From NCBI GenBank assembly GCA_016288815.1, contig JAEELF010000041.1, positions 2,421 to 66,420 of the forward strand: DNA of 64,000 nucleotides, in the 5' to 3' direction. Positions 26,623 to 35,574 of this stretch are shown piece by piece. Positions within the stretch are counted from its first letter, which is position 1. Each line of letters begins with the position of its first letter. The position numbers and the translations under genes were made by a program. Under the pieces are notes generated by a model. That model was not told where the DNA came from. It saw nothing but the letters and a program-made list of their open reading frames with translations, and made no database searches. This stretch comes from Ruminococcus sp. (GTDB lineage: Bacteria; Bacillota; Clostridia; Oscillospirales; Ruminococcaceae).

Positions 26623-28992
26623 ATGCACAGCAGAAAGATCGCCGGCTTCCTCGCCGGAATCATGGCCCTCGCAACAGCAGCTTCTTTCCCGGGAGCAGCA
26701 GTCTCCGCGGAGACCGCACCCGAGAGCTATAACATGAGCGTATCCATAGACCTCTCCGCTGAGACGAAGTCTATCAGCCCCTATATCTACGGTATCAACG
26801 ACGCCGGCTACCTCGACAAGGTGACAGCAACAGCAGTACGTCAGGGCGGCAACCGCTACAGCGGCTACAACTGGGAGAACAACTACTCCAACGCCGGCGC
26901 AGACTGGAAGAACAGCTCCGATACTTACCTCACGAACGGCTACTCCTCCGCTGAGGCAAAGACTCCCGGCGCGTGCGCGCTGCACCTCTCCGCAGACGCT
27001 GAGAAGAACGGCGTAGGCTACAAAATGGCAACCATCCAGATGGCGGGATATGTTTCCGCCGACGCTGACGGCGAGATCACACAGGCTGAGGCAGCTCCGT
27101 CCGCCCGCTGGAAGCAGGTCAAGGCTGCCAAGGGCTCCGAGTTCTCCCTCGAGCCCGACACCACCGACGATTACGTCTACATGGACGAGTACGTCAACTA
27201 CCTCGTGAACAAGCTCGGCGACTCCACCACAAAGACCGGTATCAACGGCTACAACCTCGACAACGAGCCCGCTCTCTGGAGCTCCACCCATAAGCTCATG
27301 CACCCCAACCACACCACCTACGCAGAAATGGTCGAGAAGTCCACTGAGTACGCCTCCGCTATCAAGGCAGTTGACCCCAACGCTGAGGTCTTCGGACTGG
27401 CACTATTCGGCGTTTACGCATATTACAACCTCGCAGACGCTCCCGACAGGGACAGCAGCTACGACTGGTTCCTCTCCTACTACCTCGACAAGATGAAGGA
27501 CGCCGAGCAGACCGCAGGCAAGCGCCTCATCGACGCTATCGACGTTCACTACTACTCCGAAGCAAAAGGTGACAACCGCGTAACGGAGAACTCCGCGACC
27601 ACTGACAACGATATCGCCGCAAGAGTACAGGCTCCCCGCTCGCTCTATGAGCAGGGCTACAAGGAGAAGAGCTGGCTGACCGACTCCCTCCCGCAGCTCA
27701 TGCCGATACTCCCCGCAGTACAAGCTTCCATCGACCAGTACTACCCCGGCACCAAGCTCGCGCTGACCGAGTATAACTTCGGCGGCGGAAACCACGTTTC
27801 CGGCGCTATCGCAGAGGCTGACGCACTGGGCGCATTTGCTTCGCAGGGCGTATACCTCGCGACGCTCTGGCCGCTCAGCAGCAGCATAGACTATCAGCTT
27901 TCCGCTATCGACCTCTACACCAACTACGACGGCGAGGGCTCGTCCTTCGGCGACACGCTCGTAAAGTCTTCCACCGACGACATCGAGCTCGCACAGGCAT
28001 ACGCTTCGATCAACGCCGGCAACGACGCCGAGGTCAAAGTAGTCCTCTCCAACAAGGACATGAACAAGGCAGAAAAGGCAACTATCAGCGTAACAGGCGG
28101 CTCCTCCGAGTACAAGAGCGCAGTTGTTTACGCTATCACAGAGGATCACAGTGATATCCGCATCATCGACGTCCAGAACGGGCTCTCCGGCAACACAGTG
28201 ACAGTCGAGCTCCCGCCTCTGTCCGTTGCACAGATCGTCCTCTCCGACAAGGCTTCCGACAAGGAGATAACAGTTATCCCCGAGGTCAAGGAAAAGTCCG
28301 TGACATACCAGTTTTCCGAGCTTGAAGAGAGCCAGAACGGCTTCCCGAAGATCCCCGTTGAGGATATGACCAAGCTGAAGAGAGTGGTCATCACCTGCAC
28401 TCACTCCACTAATGCCGGCTCCGCCTACTACAGCGGCGGCGGCGGACTCTGCTTCAACAAGGTCCTCGACGAGGCAGGCGTTTCCCACTGGGCAAGCAAG
28501 AGCTTCTCGTATGACAACGCCACGACCGAAATGACCGTCGAGATGGACGGCAAGTTCACCATAGTCAATGCCGACGAAGAACAGGAGTCCATAAACGGCG
28601 TCTCCGAGGATACCTTCATCGAGTTCCAGGACTGGTGGAAGTACTCCGAAAAGGACGGCAAGGGCGCTGACGTCAGCGTGACATACGAGACGGTCACCCT
28701 CTACTACGATGCCGAGGACGACGTTGAGACCACCACAGGCGACACCACCGAGCCCTCCACCGGCGAGAGCACCTACCTCGCAGGCGACGCTAACTGCGAC
28801 GATAAGGTTGACATGGCTGACGCAGTAGCGATCATGCGCTCGCAGGCAGACCCCGACGACTATGCCCTCACAGCAGACGGCAAGAAGAACGCTGATGTCG
28901 TAGGCAACGACGGCGTCACAAACGAAGATGCACTCGCGATACAGAAATACGAGGCTGGCATAATCACAGTCCTCCCTGTCCCCGCAGAATAA
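26623..28992 (+). CDS. cellulosomal GH44 endoglucanase/xyloglucanase + CBM (probably CBM76) + dockerin
   Basis: Signal peptide; ISPYIYG, RQGGNRYSGYNWENN, YNLDNEP, DVHYY, LALTEYNFGG; T-rich linker; duplicated GDANCD/NADV dockerin. Confidence 0.92.
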   Translation: MHSRKIAGFLAGIMALATAASFPGAAVSAETAPESYNMSVSIDLSAETKSISPYIYGINDAGYLDKVTATAVRQGGNRYSGYNWENNYSNAGADWKNSSDTYLTNGYSSAEAKTPGACALHLSADAEKNGVGYKMATIQMAGYVSADADGEITQAEAAPSARWKQVKAAKGSEFSLEPDTTDDYVYMDEYVNYLVNKLGDSTTKTGINGYNLDNEPALWSSTHKLMHPNHTTYAEMVEKSTEYASAIKAVDPNAEVFGLALFGVYAYYNLADAPDRDSSYDWFLSYYLDKMKDAEQTAGKRLIDAIDVHYYSEAKGDNRVTENSATTDNDIAARVQAPRSLYEQGYKEKSWLTDSLPQLMPILPAVQASIDQYYPGTKLALTEYNFGGGNHVSGAIAEADALGAFASQGVYLATLWPLSSSIDYQLSAIDLYTNYDGEGSSFGDTLVKSSTDDIELAQAYASINAGNDAEVKVVLSNKDMNKAEKATISVTGGSSEYKSAVVYAITEDHSDIRIIDVQNGLSGNTVTVELPPLSVAQIVLSDKASDKEITVIPEVKEKSVTYQFSELEESQNGFPKIPVEDMTKLKRVVITCTHSTNAGSAYYSGGGGLCFNKVLDEAGVSHWASKSFSYDNATTEMTVEMDGKFTIVNADEEQESINGVSEDTFIEFQDWWKYSEKDGKGADVSVTYETVTLYYDAEDDVETTTGDTTEPSTGESTYLAGDANCDDKVDMADAVAIMRSQADPDDYALTADGKKNADVVGNDGVTNEDALAIQKYEAGIITVLPVPAE

Positions 28993-29004
28993 GACCCTCT
29001 CCTC

Positions 29005-29045
29005 ACCGCCGTTCCGGTCCCTCCGGACGGCGGTATTGTATTTTT
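29005..29045 (+). terminator. terminator after GH44
   Basis: ACCGCCGT(T)CCGG/CCGGACGGCGGT stem, T-rich tail. Confidence 0.75.
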
Positions 29046-29055
29046 GGGGCAGAAG

Positions 29056-29083
29056 TGAAATCTTCCCGCGCATTTTTCGACTA
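29056..29083 (+). promoter_or_regulatory. candidate ECF-type autoregulatory promoter
   Basis: TGAAAT-16 nt-CGACTA, resembling Firmicute ECF promoters (TGAAAC-N16-CGT). Confidence 0.5.
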
Positions 29084-29118
29084 TATAGACAGAGAACCTC
29101 AGAAAGGAGGCTCGCACC

Positions 29119-29673
29119 ATGGACGACGCCGAAATAATGGAACTGCTACGGAGAAGAGACGAGCACGCCCTCGCGGAACTGAAAAAGCGCTTCGAGCGGC
29201 TGTGCCTGCACATCGCACTGAATATCCTCTCCCAGCGTGAGGACGCCGAGGAATGCGTGAATTCCGCCTATTACGACCTGTGGAGCAATATCCCGCCCGA
29301 CGAGCCAGACGACCTCAAGGCATACCTCTGCCGTATCGTCAGGAACAAGGCACTCGACAGGCTGAAATACAACAAAGCCGAAAAGCGCTCCCCGGAGCTC
29401 GCAGTCTCGATCGACGAGCTCGCGGAATGCATACCCGACAACAGCTGGGACGACGCACCCGCAAAGGAGCTCGCGTCAGCGATAAGCCGTTTCCTGCGCA
29501 CACAGGACGAAGCGCACCGCAAGGTGTTCGTCCGGCGATACTGGTACGGCGACCCGCTCGCAGCGATAGCAGAGCTCTACGGCATGAATGAACGCACAGT
29601 CGCGACATATCTTTTCCGCACACGAAAAAAACTGAAAGCATTTCTGAAGAAGGAGGGACACTACTATGAATAA
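29119..29673 (+). CDS. ECF sigma-70 factor
   Basis: DAEEC, W..IP, YL.RIVRN.ALD, FVRRYWY, IA...G......L.R.R..LK. Confidence 0.93.
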   Translation: MDDAEIMELLRRRDEHALAELKKRFERLCLHIALNILSQREDAEECVNSAYYDLWSNIPPDEPDDLKAYLCRIVRNKALDRLKYNKAEKRSPELAVSIDELAECIPDNSWDDAPAKELASAISRFLRTQDEAHRKVFVRRYWYGDPLAAIAELYGMNERTVATYLFRTRKKLKAFLKKEGHYYE

Positions 29674-30544
29674 ACAGAAATTGTTTGAAGCGATAGGACT
29701 CATAGACGACGACTTAGTGAACGAGGCTTCCGCACAGCACGACGCTCCCGCAGACGAAAGGGGCGCCGTGACTGTCTCCGGAGTTGACGTTATAGACCGC
29801 CCGTGGTGGCGCACAGCGCTGTCGATAGCAGCCGTTGCAGCGGTCGCGGTAGGAGTCGGCTTCGGCGGAGCAGCGGTACTGAAGGCAAGACCTCCGCTCG
29901 CTCCCGAGAGTCCGGAGACAGCACCCGAGCCACATGAGAGCTGCGCGGTCAGCGCGTATGACTCGTCAGCAGAAACGGAGAAGGGCAGCTCCTCCGACGG
30001 AAAACCTGACAGCGTACATCCCGCCTCGGGAGCCCAGTTCCCGGAGGAGCCGGCGGCGGTCAGCAAGGGTGAGACCTCCCCCGCACAGAGCGAAACGGAG
30101 GAAACACCCACCGAAGCTGCCTCCGGGAACCACTCCCCCGGTGTCGCATTTACTACCACCCCGAGCGGTGAACCCGTCACAAACCCGCCGGAAATGGTCG
30201 AATGGACAGCCGCTGACCCCAACGGCGACCCTATCTCCCCTGCCCCAGGCGCTTCCACCACCGTGAACAGTGATATGACCGCCGAAGAGCTTTACACTGC
30301 GCTTGCTGGTCTTGATTACTCCCTGCCCACCTGCGACTGCTTGCCAGAATACACGATAGGTGCGCCCGACGGTACGGTATACTGCGTCAGTCTGTCGGAA
30401 AAATGGGCACGCCGCGCCGGCATAGACACACAGGCAGTCCTCCCGGACTACGTCGCAGAGGGCATAAACTACCTGATGAACGTCCAGATCTACGGCGGCA
30501 GTGCAGTGGTCTACCCGTCCGAGTGGAACAGAACAGCAGAATAA
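29666..30544 (+). CDS. probable anti-sigma membrane protein
   Basis: Overlaps sigma stop; LFEAIG.IDDDLV.EA N-terminus, single TM, S/T/P/E-rich stalk, small TCDCLPEY C-terminal domain. Confidence 0.78.
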   Translation: MNKQKLFEAIGLIDDDLVNEASAQHDAPADERGAVTVSGVDVIDRPWWRTALSIAAVAAVAVGVGFGGAAVLKARPPLAPESPETAPEPHESCAVSAYDSSAETEKGSSSDGKPDSVHPASGAQFPEEPAAVSKGETSPAQSETEETPTEAASGNHSPGVAFTTTPSGEPVTNPPEMVEWTAADPNGDPISPAPGASTTVNSDMTAEELYTALAGLDYSLPTCDCLPEYTIGAPDGTVYCVSLSEKWARRAGIDTQAVLPDYVAEGINYLMNVQIYGGSAVVYPSEWNRTAE

Positions 30545-30576
30545 GAGAAAGCTCAGATAAATAACTCCCGAAAGGC

Positions 30577-30605
30577 TTGACAAACGGCTTTATATCCGTT
30601 ATAAT
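30577..30605 (+). promoter_or_regulatory. sigmaA promoter of the Fic module with inverted repeat in the spacer
   Basis: TTGACA-17 nt-TATAAT; AACGG-N8-CCGTT at 30583-30600. Confidence 0.85.
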
Positions 30606-30628
30606 AGCTGAGTAAGGAGATGAACAGA

Positions 30629-30799
30629 ATGCAGAACGTAAATACAGAAAAGGCACTGCGCAACCAGCTCGCTTCCGTGAGAATGGAGGGCTTCCGCTTC
30701 TCCGAGCACGAGATAAGCAACGTGAGGAAATGTCTCAGCGGCGAGCTCACATTCAGACAGTTCACCGACAAGATAGTCAAAGAGGTACGGAGCAAGTAA
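30629..30799 (+). CDS. VbhA/FicA-type antitoxin (56 aa; absent from ORF track)
   Basis: AAGGAG RBS; MQNVNTEKALRNQLASVRMEGFRFSEHEISNVRKCLSGELTFRQFTDKIVKEVRSK; SxxxEG motif; stop abuts fic ATG. Confidence 0.85.
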   Translation: MQNVNTEKALRNQLASVRMEGFRFSEHEISNVRKCLSGELTFRQFTDKIVKEVRSK

Positions 30800-31390
30800 A
30801 TGGCGGTCTATCGCATCGAGGGCTGCCAGTGGAACTGCTACCCCGGCACTACCGTCCTCATAAACAAGCTCGGCATAACCGACCAGCGCGAGCTCGACAG
30901 CATCGAGAAGCAGATAACCCTCCTGCGCGGCACACAGGCTGAACAGGAAACGGAGTTCCGCGATGTTGACTTTGAATTCTACAAGGCGCTGCACGGAACG
31001 CTCTTCGGCGACCTCTACGACTGGGCAGGCAAGCTGCGGACGATAAACATCTCGAAGAAGGGCACGGTATTCTGCAAACACACCGAGCTGGAACGTCTCG
31101 GGACGCTGAAATTCGCGAGGCTACGTGAGCTGGACTTTCTCTGCGGTATGCCGGACAGTGAGTTTCTTGACGAGCTGACCGAGTTCTACCACGAGATGAA
31201 TATGCTGCACCCTTTCCGCGAGGGCAACGGCCGGACGCTCAGGCTGTTCGTGACACTGCTCGTGCGCAATACCGGTCGTGACATCGACTTCGCGCGGTGC
31301 GATACGGATCTGCTGACGATAGCCGCAGTAAGGGCGGCACAGGGCGACACCTCCCTGCTGAGGGACACGCTCTCCGAAGTAATAGTATAA
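30800..31390 (+). CDS. Fic-domain (class I) adenylyltransferase toxin
   Basis: Canonical HPFREGNGRTLR; LFGDLYDWAG.LRT.NISK. Confidence 0.93.
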   Translation: MAVYRIEGCQWNCYPGTTVLINKLGITDQRELDSIEKQITLLRGTQAEQETEFRDVDFEFYKALHGTLFGDLYDWAGKLRTINISKKGTVFCKHTELERLGTLKFARLRELDFLCGMPDSEFLDELTEFYHEMNMLHPFREGNGRTLRLFVTLLVRNTGRDIDFARCDTDLLTIAAVRAAQGDTSLLRDTLSEVIV

Positions 31391-31434
31391 AAGGCTGTAC
31401 ACAGCGTCACGCGCTGCATACAGCCTTTGTTTTT
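31391..31434 (+). terminator. terminator after fic
   Basis: AAGGCTGTA...TACAGCCTT stem with inner CAGCG/CGCTG, T run. Confidence 0.75.
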
Positions 31435-31503
31435 TGCGGTTGCAATCTGAGCCGCCATGTGGTATAATGAAAAAGCTATAACGATACCGAACGGAGCGTG
31501 TAT

Positions 31504-33174
31504 ATGAAAAAGACATTTTTGACCGCCGCGGCAGTCCTCGCGCTGAGCCTTACCGCCTGTGCGGACAGGAACGACAGTTCCCCGGCAGCTACGGCTGATA
31601 CTTCAACAGCTTCCTCCACTGCCGAGGGTACAGGCAATAAAGATAATGAAAAGGACAACGGGAGCAGTCAGGCAGTCCCTTCCTACGACCTCCGCGAGCC
31701 GACCGATATGCCAGTCATATCGATAGTCACCGAAAACCAGAGCGCAGACGTGCTGGACTTCGTGACCGAGCCCGTCGCGGGGCACGTCTCTGAGGCTATA
31801 GCCTCGTGGACTCCCGGTTACAGGATACCTCCCGAGCCCTACTACGAAAAATGCAGCGTGACAGTCACCGATACTGACGGCACCCTCCTCGTGGACGCTG
31901 CTGACGCTGAAGTAAAAGTGCGCGGCAACTGGACCACGACCTACGACAAAAAGCCGCTCAGGATAAAGTTCGACAAGAAGCAGTCCATGCTCGGGCTCAA
32001 TGACGGCGGGGAGTACCGCAACTGGGTGCTGCTCGCGTGCTACAAAGACGGCTCCCTCCTCCGCGACAAGACCGCACTACAGGTCGCGCGGGAGATACTT
32101 GGAGAGCACGGTCTCTACGCCTCCGACGCCGAGTTCGCAGAGGTCGAGATAAACGGCGAGTACTGGGGCGTGTACCTCCTCGCGGAGCAGCAACAGATAA
32201 ATGAGGGCAGAGTGGACATCACCGACGCCGGAAAGGACTACGAGGGCACTGACATCGGCTACTTACTTGAATTCGACCACAACTACGTCAACGAGTCAGC
32301 CCTCCAGGGCTTTCACGTTGATTACGCCGACAACGCCCCGCTTGTCCCCTTCGACGGCAATGACGGCAGCGGCAGGACGATGACCTGCCTCAGTACGGGT
32401 TACAGTGACTACAAGACCGACCTCGGCTTCACGGTAAAGAACGACCTGAATTCGCAGGAGCAGCACGACTACATCGCGGGCTTCGTGAACAACGCCTACA
32501 AGATAATGTACTGCGCCGCCTACGAGGACAAGGCATACACCATGAACGCCGACTGCTCGGACATCACCGAGACTGACGGCATCACTTCCCGTCAGGCAGT
32601 CGAGAACGTCGTGGACGTCTATTCCCTAGCGGATATGTACATAATCAGCGAGCTGACCTGCGATGCAGACATCTACCTAACAAGCTTCTTCATGACCGCT
32701 GACTTCGGCGCAGAGGGAAATGGCAAGCTCACATTTCAGGCTCCGTGGGATTTCGATTCCAGTATGGGAAACAAGGACAGATGTGCAGACGGCACCGGCT
32801 TCTACGCCGCGAACATAATCCCCGACGTCAACGGCGGACCCGACGTCGGCGGGTACGAGACCATCAACCCATGGCTTGCAGTGCTTATGTACGAGGACTG
32901 GTTCCAGGACATTATCCGCGAGGAGTGGACAAGCGCCTATGATTCGGGCGTATTCGAGCGTGCGGCAGAGATGATAGTCTCCGACACCGAAGCACACTCA
33001 AAGTCCTTCGCGAACAACTACAAGAAGTGGAACAACCTCATCAACAACAACGCCTACGCGGGCGAGCTCTCGGACGGCGCAGCCGCCTGCAAGACGCAGG
33101 CTGAGGCAGCGGAGTACCTCTCGGAGTGGTTCACCGCACGCGTGGACTTCATGAACGACTACTGGCACGAATAA
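31504..33174 (+). CDS. CotH-kinase-family lipoprotein
   Basis: Lipobox LSLTAC; VKVRGNWT, KKPLRIKF, WVLLA, NGEYWGVYLL.EQ, PWDFDSS. Confidence 0.88.
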   Translation: MKKTFLTAAAVLALSLTACADRNDSSPAATADTSTASSTAEGTGNKDNEKDNGSSQAVPSYDLREPTDMPVISIVTENQSADVLDFVTEPVAGHVSEAIASWTPGYRIPPEPYYEKCSVTVTDTDGTLLVDAADAEVKVRGNWTTTYDKKPLRIKFDKKQSMLGLNDGGEYRNWVLLACYKDGSLLRDKTALQVAREILGEHGLYASDAEFAEVEINGEYWGVYLLAEQQQINEGRVDITDAGKDYEGTDIGYLLEFDHNYVNESALQGFHVDYADNAPLVPFDGNDGSGRTMTCLSTGYSDYKTDLGFTVKNDLNSQEQHDYIAGFVNNAYKIMYCAAYEDKAYTMNADCSDITETDGITSRQAVENVVDVYSLADMYIISELTCDADIYLTSFFMTADFGAEGNGKLTFQAPWDFDSSMGNKDRCADGTGFYAANIIPDVNGGPDVGGYETINPWLAVLMYEDWFQDIIREEWTSAYDSGVFERAAEMIVSDTEAHSKSFANNYKKWNNLINNNAYAGELSDGAAACKTQAEAAEYLSEWFTARVDFMNDYWHE

Positions 33175-33177
33175 ACA

Positions 33178-33212
33178 GAAACGGCAGACCCCGAAAGGTC
33201 TGCCGCTTTTTT
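33178..33212. terminator. bidirectional terminator
   Basis: CGGCAGACC-CCGAAA-GGTCTGCCG + T run. Confidence 0.85.
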
Positions 33213-35322
33213 ATGTTACAATTTCAACAATGCTGAAAGAGGTTATCTCCCCGAGAACGAATCTCTGTATGAGCACGACATCATTCGCCTTGACCTCGCC
33301 GTCGTTGTTGACGTCCGCCGCGAGCTTAGCCGCGGAGTCGGTCAGGCTGCCCGCGAGCACCTGACGTGCAAGGGCGATGTCAAGAGCATTGATGACGCCG
33401 TTATCGTCGATATCTCCCAGCGTGAAGACTATCCCCCCGCCTGGGCCCTCGATGACAGTGCCGTCCTCAGCGCCTATCGCTTCGTCGATGTAGAAGTCGC
33501 ACTCGCCCTCCGCCGTCTCGACGTAAAGATAGAAGTCGCTCGCACCCTCGGGCAGTGTGTAGGATGTATTCGCGAGCTGGAGCCACTCGCCGCTGACCGC
33601 CGTGCCTGTCGCAACCTTATCGTAGCACACCTCTCCCTCCGAGTCCTTGTACTGGAGGGTCAGGTAGAACTTCTGCGAAGTCTCTCCGCTGTCGTACATG
33701 ACGTCAGCACTGAAGCTGTAGCTCTGCCCCGCCTTGAATTTCGACCCGAGCGTGCGCACAGCGCCGTTCCACGAAGCTTCTCTGCCGGTGACCCTGAGGG
33801 ACTTGCTGCCCGCATAGCTTGCGTCCGTTGACGCCGCTACCTTAGCCGAGCCGCGCCCGCTCCAGCTGTTGGTGCCGGTCTCGTATGTGCTGTGGAAGAG
33901 GTATCCGTCGTCGGAGGAGGAACCTGAGCTCCCCGGACCGGAGAACTTCCACCAGTCAACGTTGAACAGGTAGCTGCTGCCGCCCGTGAATTTCAGGTAA
34001 AGATCGTGCTCACCGCTGACTTCGACGGGGCAGCTGACTTCGGTCCAGTTCTGCCAGCCGTCGGTGACGGGCACATCGAGTGTGCCGATGATGTCGCCGC
34101 TGAGACTGTCAATATGCAGCTCGATCTTTCCGCCGCTGCCGGCAGAGGCAACGCTCGCGGTGAAGGTATCAGCGCCAAGATTGAAGTCAACCCCGCTGAC
34201 CTTGATGTAGTCGCCGTTCTCGATGTTGGCGATATTCACGCCGCCCTCGGAGCATTTCTCGGTCTTGATGCCCTCGCTCCAGCAAATGGTCTCCGCCTCA
34301 ACGCGGACGAACGGATCGAGCAGCTCTATCTGCTCAGGGCCGCTCTTTGTGGAGGGCAGCGACGGTATGGAGCCGTCGGAGTTGAACGTGAACTCCTCGC
34401 AGGCAGCGCTCCTGTTGAAAACGCCGCCCCCGGGGATACCGCTCATGTGGTAGAAATAGTAGGAATGATCCTTGTAATCAATGATACCGCCGTGTATCGT
34501 GTAGCAGTTCGAGCCGGTCTGTATCTGACCACGGTACGTCCACGGACCCGTCACGCTCGGCGCTGTGGCATAAGCCATGCTCTCGCCGGTATCCCTCCCG
34601 ACGAACGCCGCATACACGAGGTAGTATAGGTCATCGTGCTTGCATATCCACGGACCCTCGCCGTAAGCGCAGGTCTTTTTGTCATCAGCATTCTGAGGAG
34701 TATGCGGGCCGAAAGCCTGCTCGGTCATATCGAAGCTCTGTATCGGACCGTCGAGTGTGACCATATCCTCCTTGAGCTTGACGTAGTAGCAGGTCGGATT
34801 ACCGAACATGAGCCACGCCTGACCGTCATCGTCGATCATGACAGTCGGGTCGATGTAGTTCCAGTTAGGACCGCAGAGCGGCTTCCCGAGGACGTCCTCG
34901 TAGGGCCCTGCAGGATCGTCCGCGACAGCAACGCCGATAGCTCTTCCGCCGCCGGATTTATTAGTCGTGGTGAAGTAGAAATAGTACTTGCCGTTGCGCT
35001 CGATACACTGCGAAGCCCATGCGTCATTCTCACCGCACCAGCTGAAGCTCGTGTCCTCGAGAATACGTCCGTGATCGGTCCAGTTCTTCATATCCTTTGT
35101 GGAGAAGCACTGCCACCCCGTCATCTTGTAGAAGTCATTATCGCCGTCGCGGTCGCAGCCTGTGAAGACGTACAGCTCGTCGCCGAACACCACCGGAGCG
35201 GGGTCTGGCGTGAACGAGGTCTGCACGATCGGGTTTTCCGCGTGTATCATGCACGGCGCCCCCGAAGCAAAGGCAGCAACGGACAGCACAGCCGCCGAAG
35301 CCGCAGCTATTATCTTTTTCAT
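33211..35322 (-). CDS. GH43 + CBM6 + CBM22-like + dockerin
   Basis: TPDPAP, AWASQC, IDPTV, EGPW; CBM6 (VEAET, IENGDYI, NVDWWKF); CBM22-type (W.QLANTSYTLP, FYIDEA); dockerin. Confidence 0.9.
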   Translation of the reverse strand: MKKIIAAASAAVLSVAAFASGAPCMIHAENPIVQTSFTPDPAPVVFGDELYVFTGCDRDGDNDFYKMTGWQCFSTKDMKNWTDHGRILEDTSFSWCGENDAWASQCIERNGKYYFYFTTTNKSGGGRAIGVAVADDPAGPYEDVLGKPLCGPNWNYIDPTVMIDDDGQAWLMFGNPTCYYVKLKEDMVTLDGPIQSFDMTEQAFGPHTPQNADDKKTCAYGEGPWICKHDDLYYLVYAAFVGRDTGESMAYATAPSVTGPWTYRGQIQTGSNCYTIHGGIIDYKDHSYYFYHMSGIPGGGVFNRSAACEEFTFNSDGSIPSLPSTKSGPEQIELLDPFVRVEAETICWSEGIKTEKCSEGGVNIANIENGDYIKVSGVDFNLGADTFTASVASAGSGGKIELHIDSLSGDIIGTLDVPVTDGWQNWTEVSCPVEVSGEHDLYLKFTGGSSYLFNVDWWKFSGPGSSGSSSDDGYLFHSTYETGTNSWSGRGSAKVAASTDASYAGSKSLRVTGREASWNGAVRTLGSKFKAGQSYSFSADVMYDSGETSQKFYLTLQYKDSEGEVCYDKVATGTAVSGEWLQLANTSYTLPEGASDFYLYVETAEGECDFYIDEAIGAEDGTVIEGPGGGIVFTLGDIDDNGVINALDIALARQVLAGSLTDSAAKLAADVNNDGEVKANDVVLIQRFVLGEITSFSIVEIVT

Positions 35323-35574
35323 TTATTTGATACCCCCAATTCGTTTTAGTCATTTAGACATAAAAACTGTTAACACAATATTAACAAATATGTTGAAAAA
35401 TATCAACCTGTTATTTGCAGAAAAAGTGCAGAAAATGAATCTGTTAGAGATGAAGATTTTTCTTTACTTTTTCGCGGCAGTGTGGTATAATATTCCTGTG
35501 TCCGGACACTGACCGGACAGATTCAGCTGCTGTATTCAAAGGCGAGTGCAGCATTCCAAGGAGGTATTTCCAAA

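Noticed and set aside
27403-29073. 556-aa antisense ORF, and similar long antisense ORFs (e.g. 21818-22807, 42906-43802, 55773-56981)
   Set aside because: They mirror well-supported genes in register; biased codon usage depletes antisense stops; no RBS or family motifs.
35486-35574. Lysine riboswitch upstream of ddh
   Set aside because: Leader is under 90 nt from the -10 box, too short and lacking L-box motifs.
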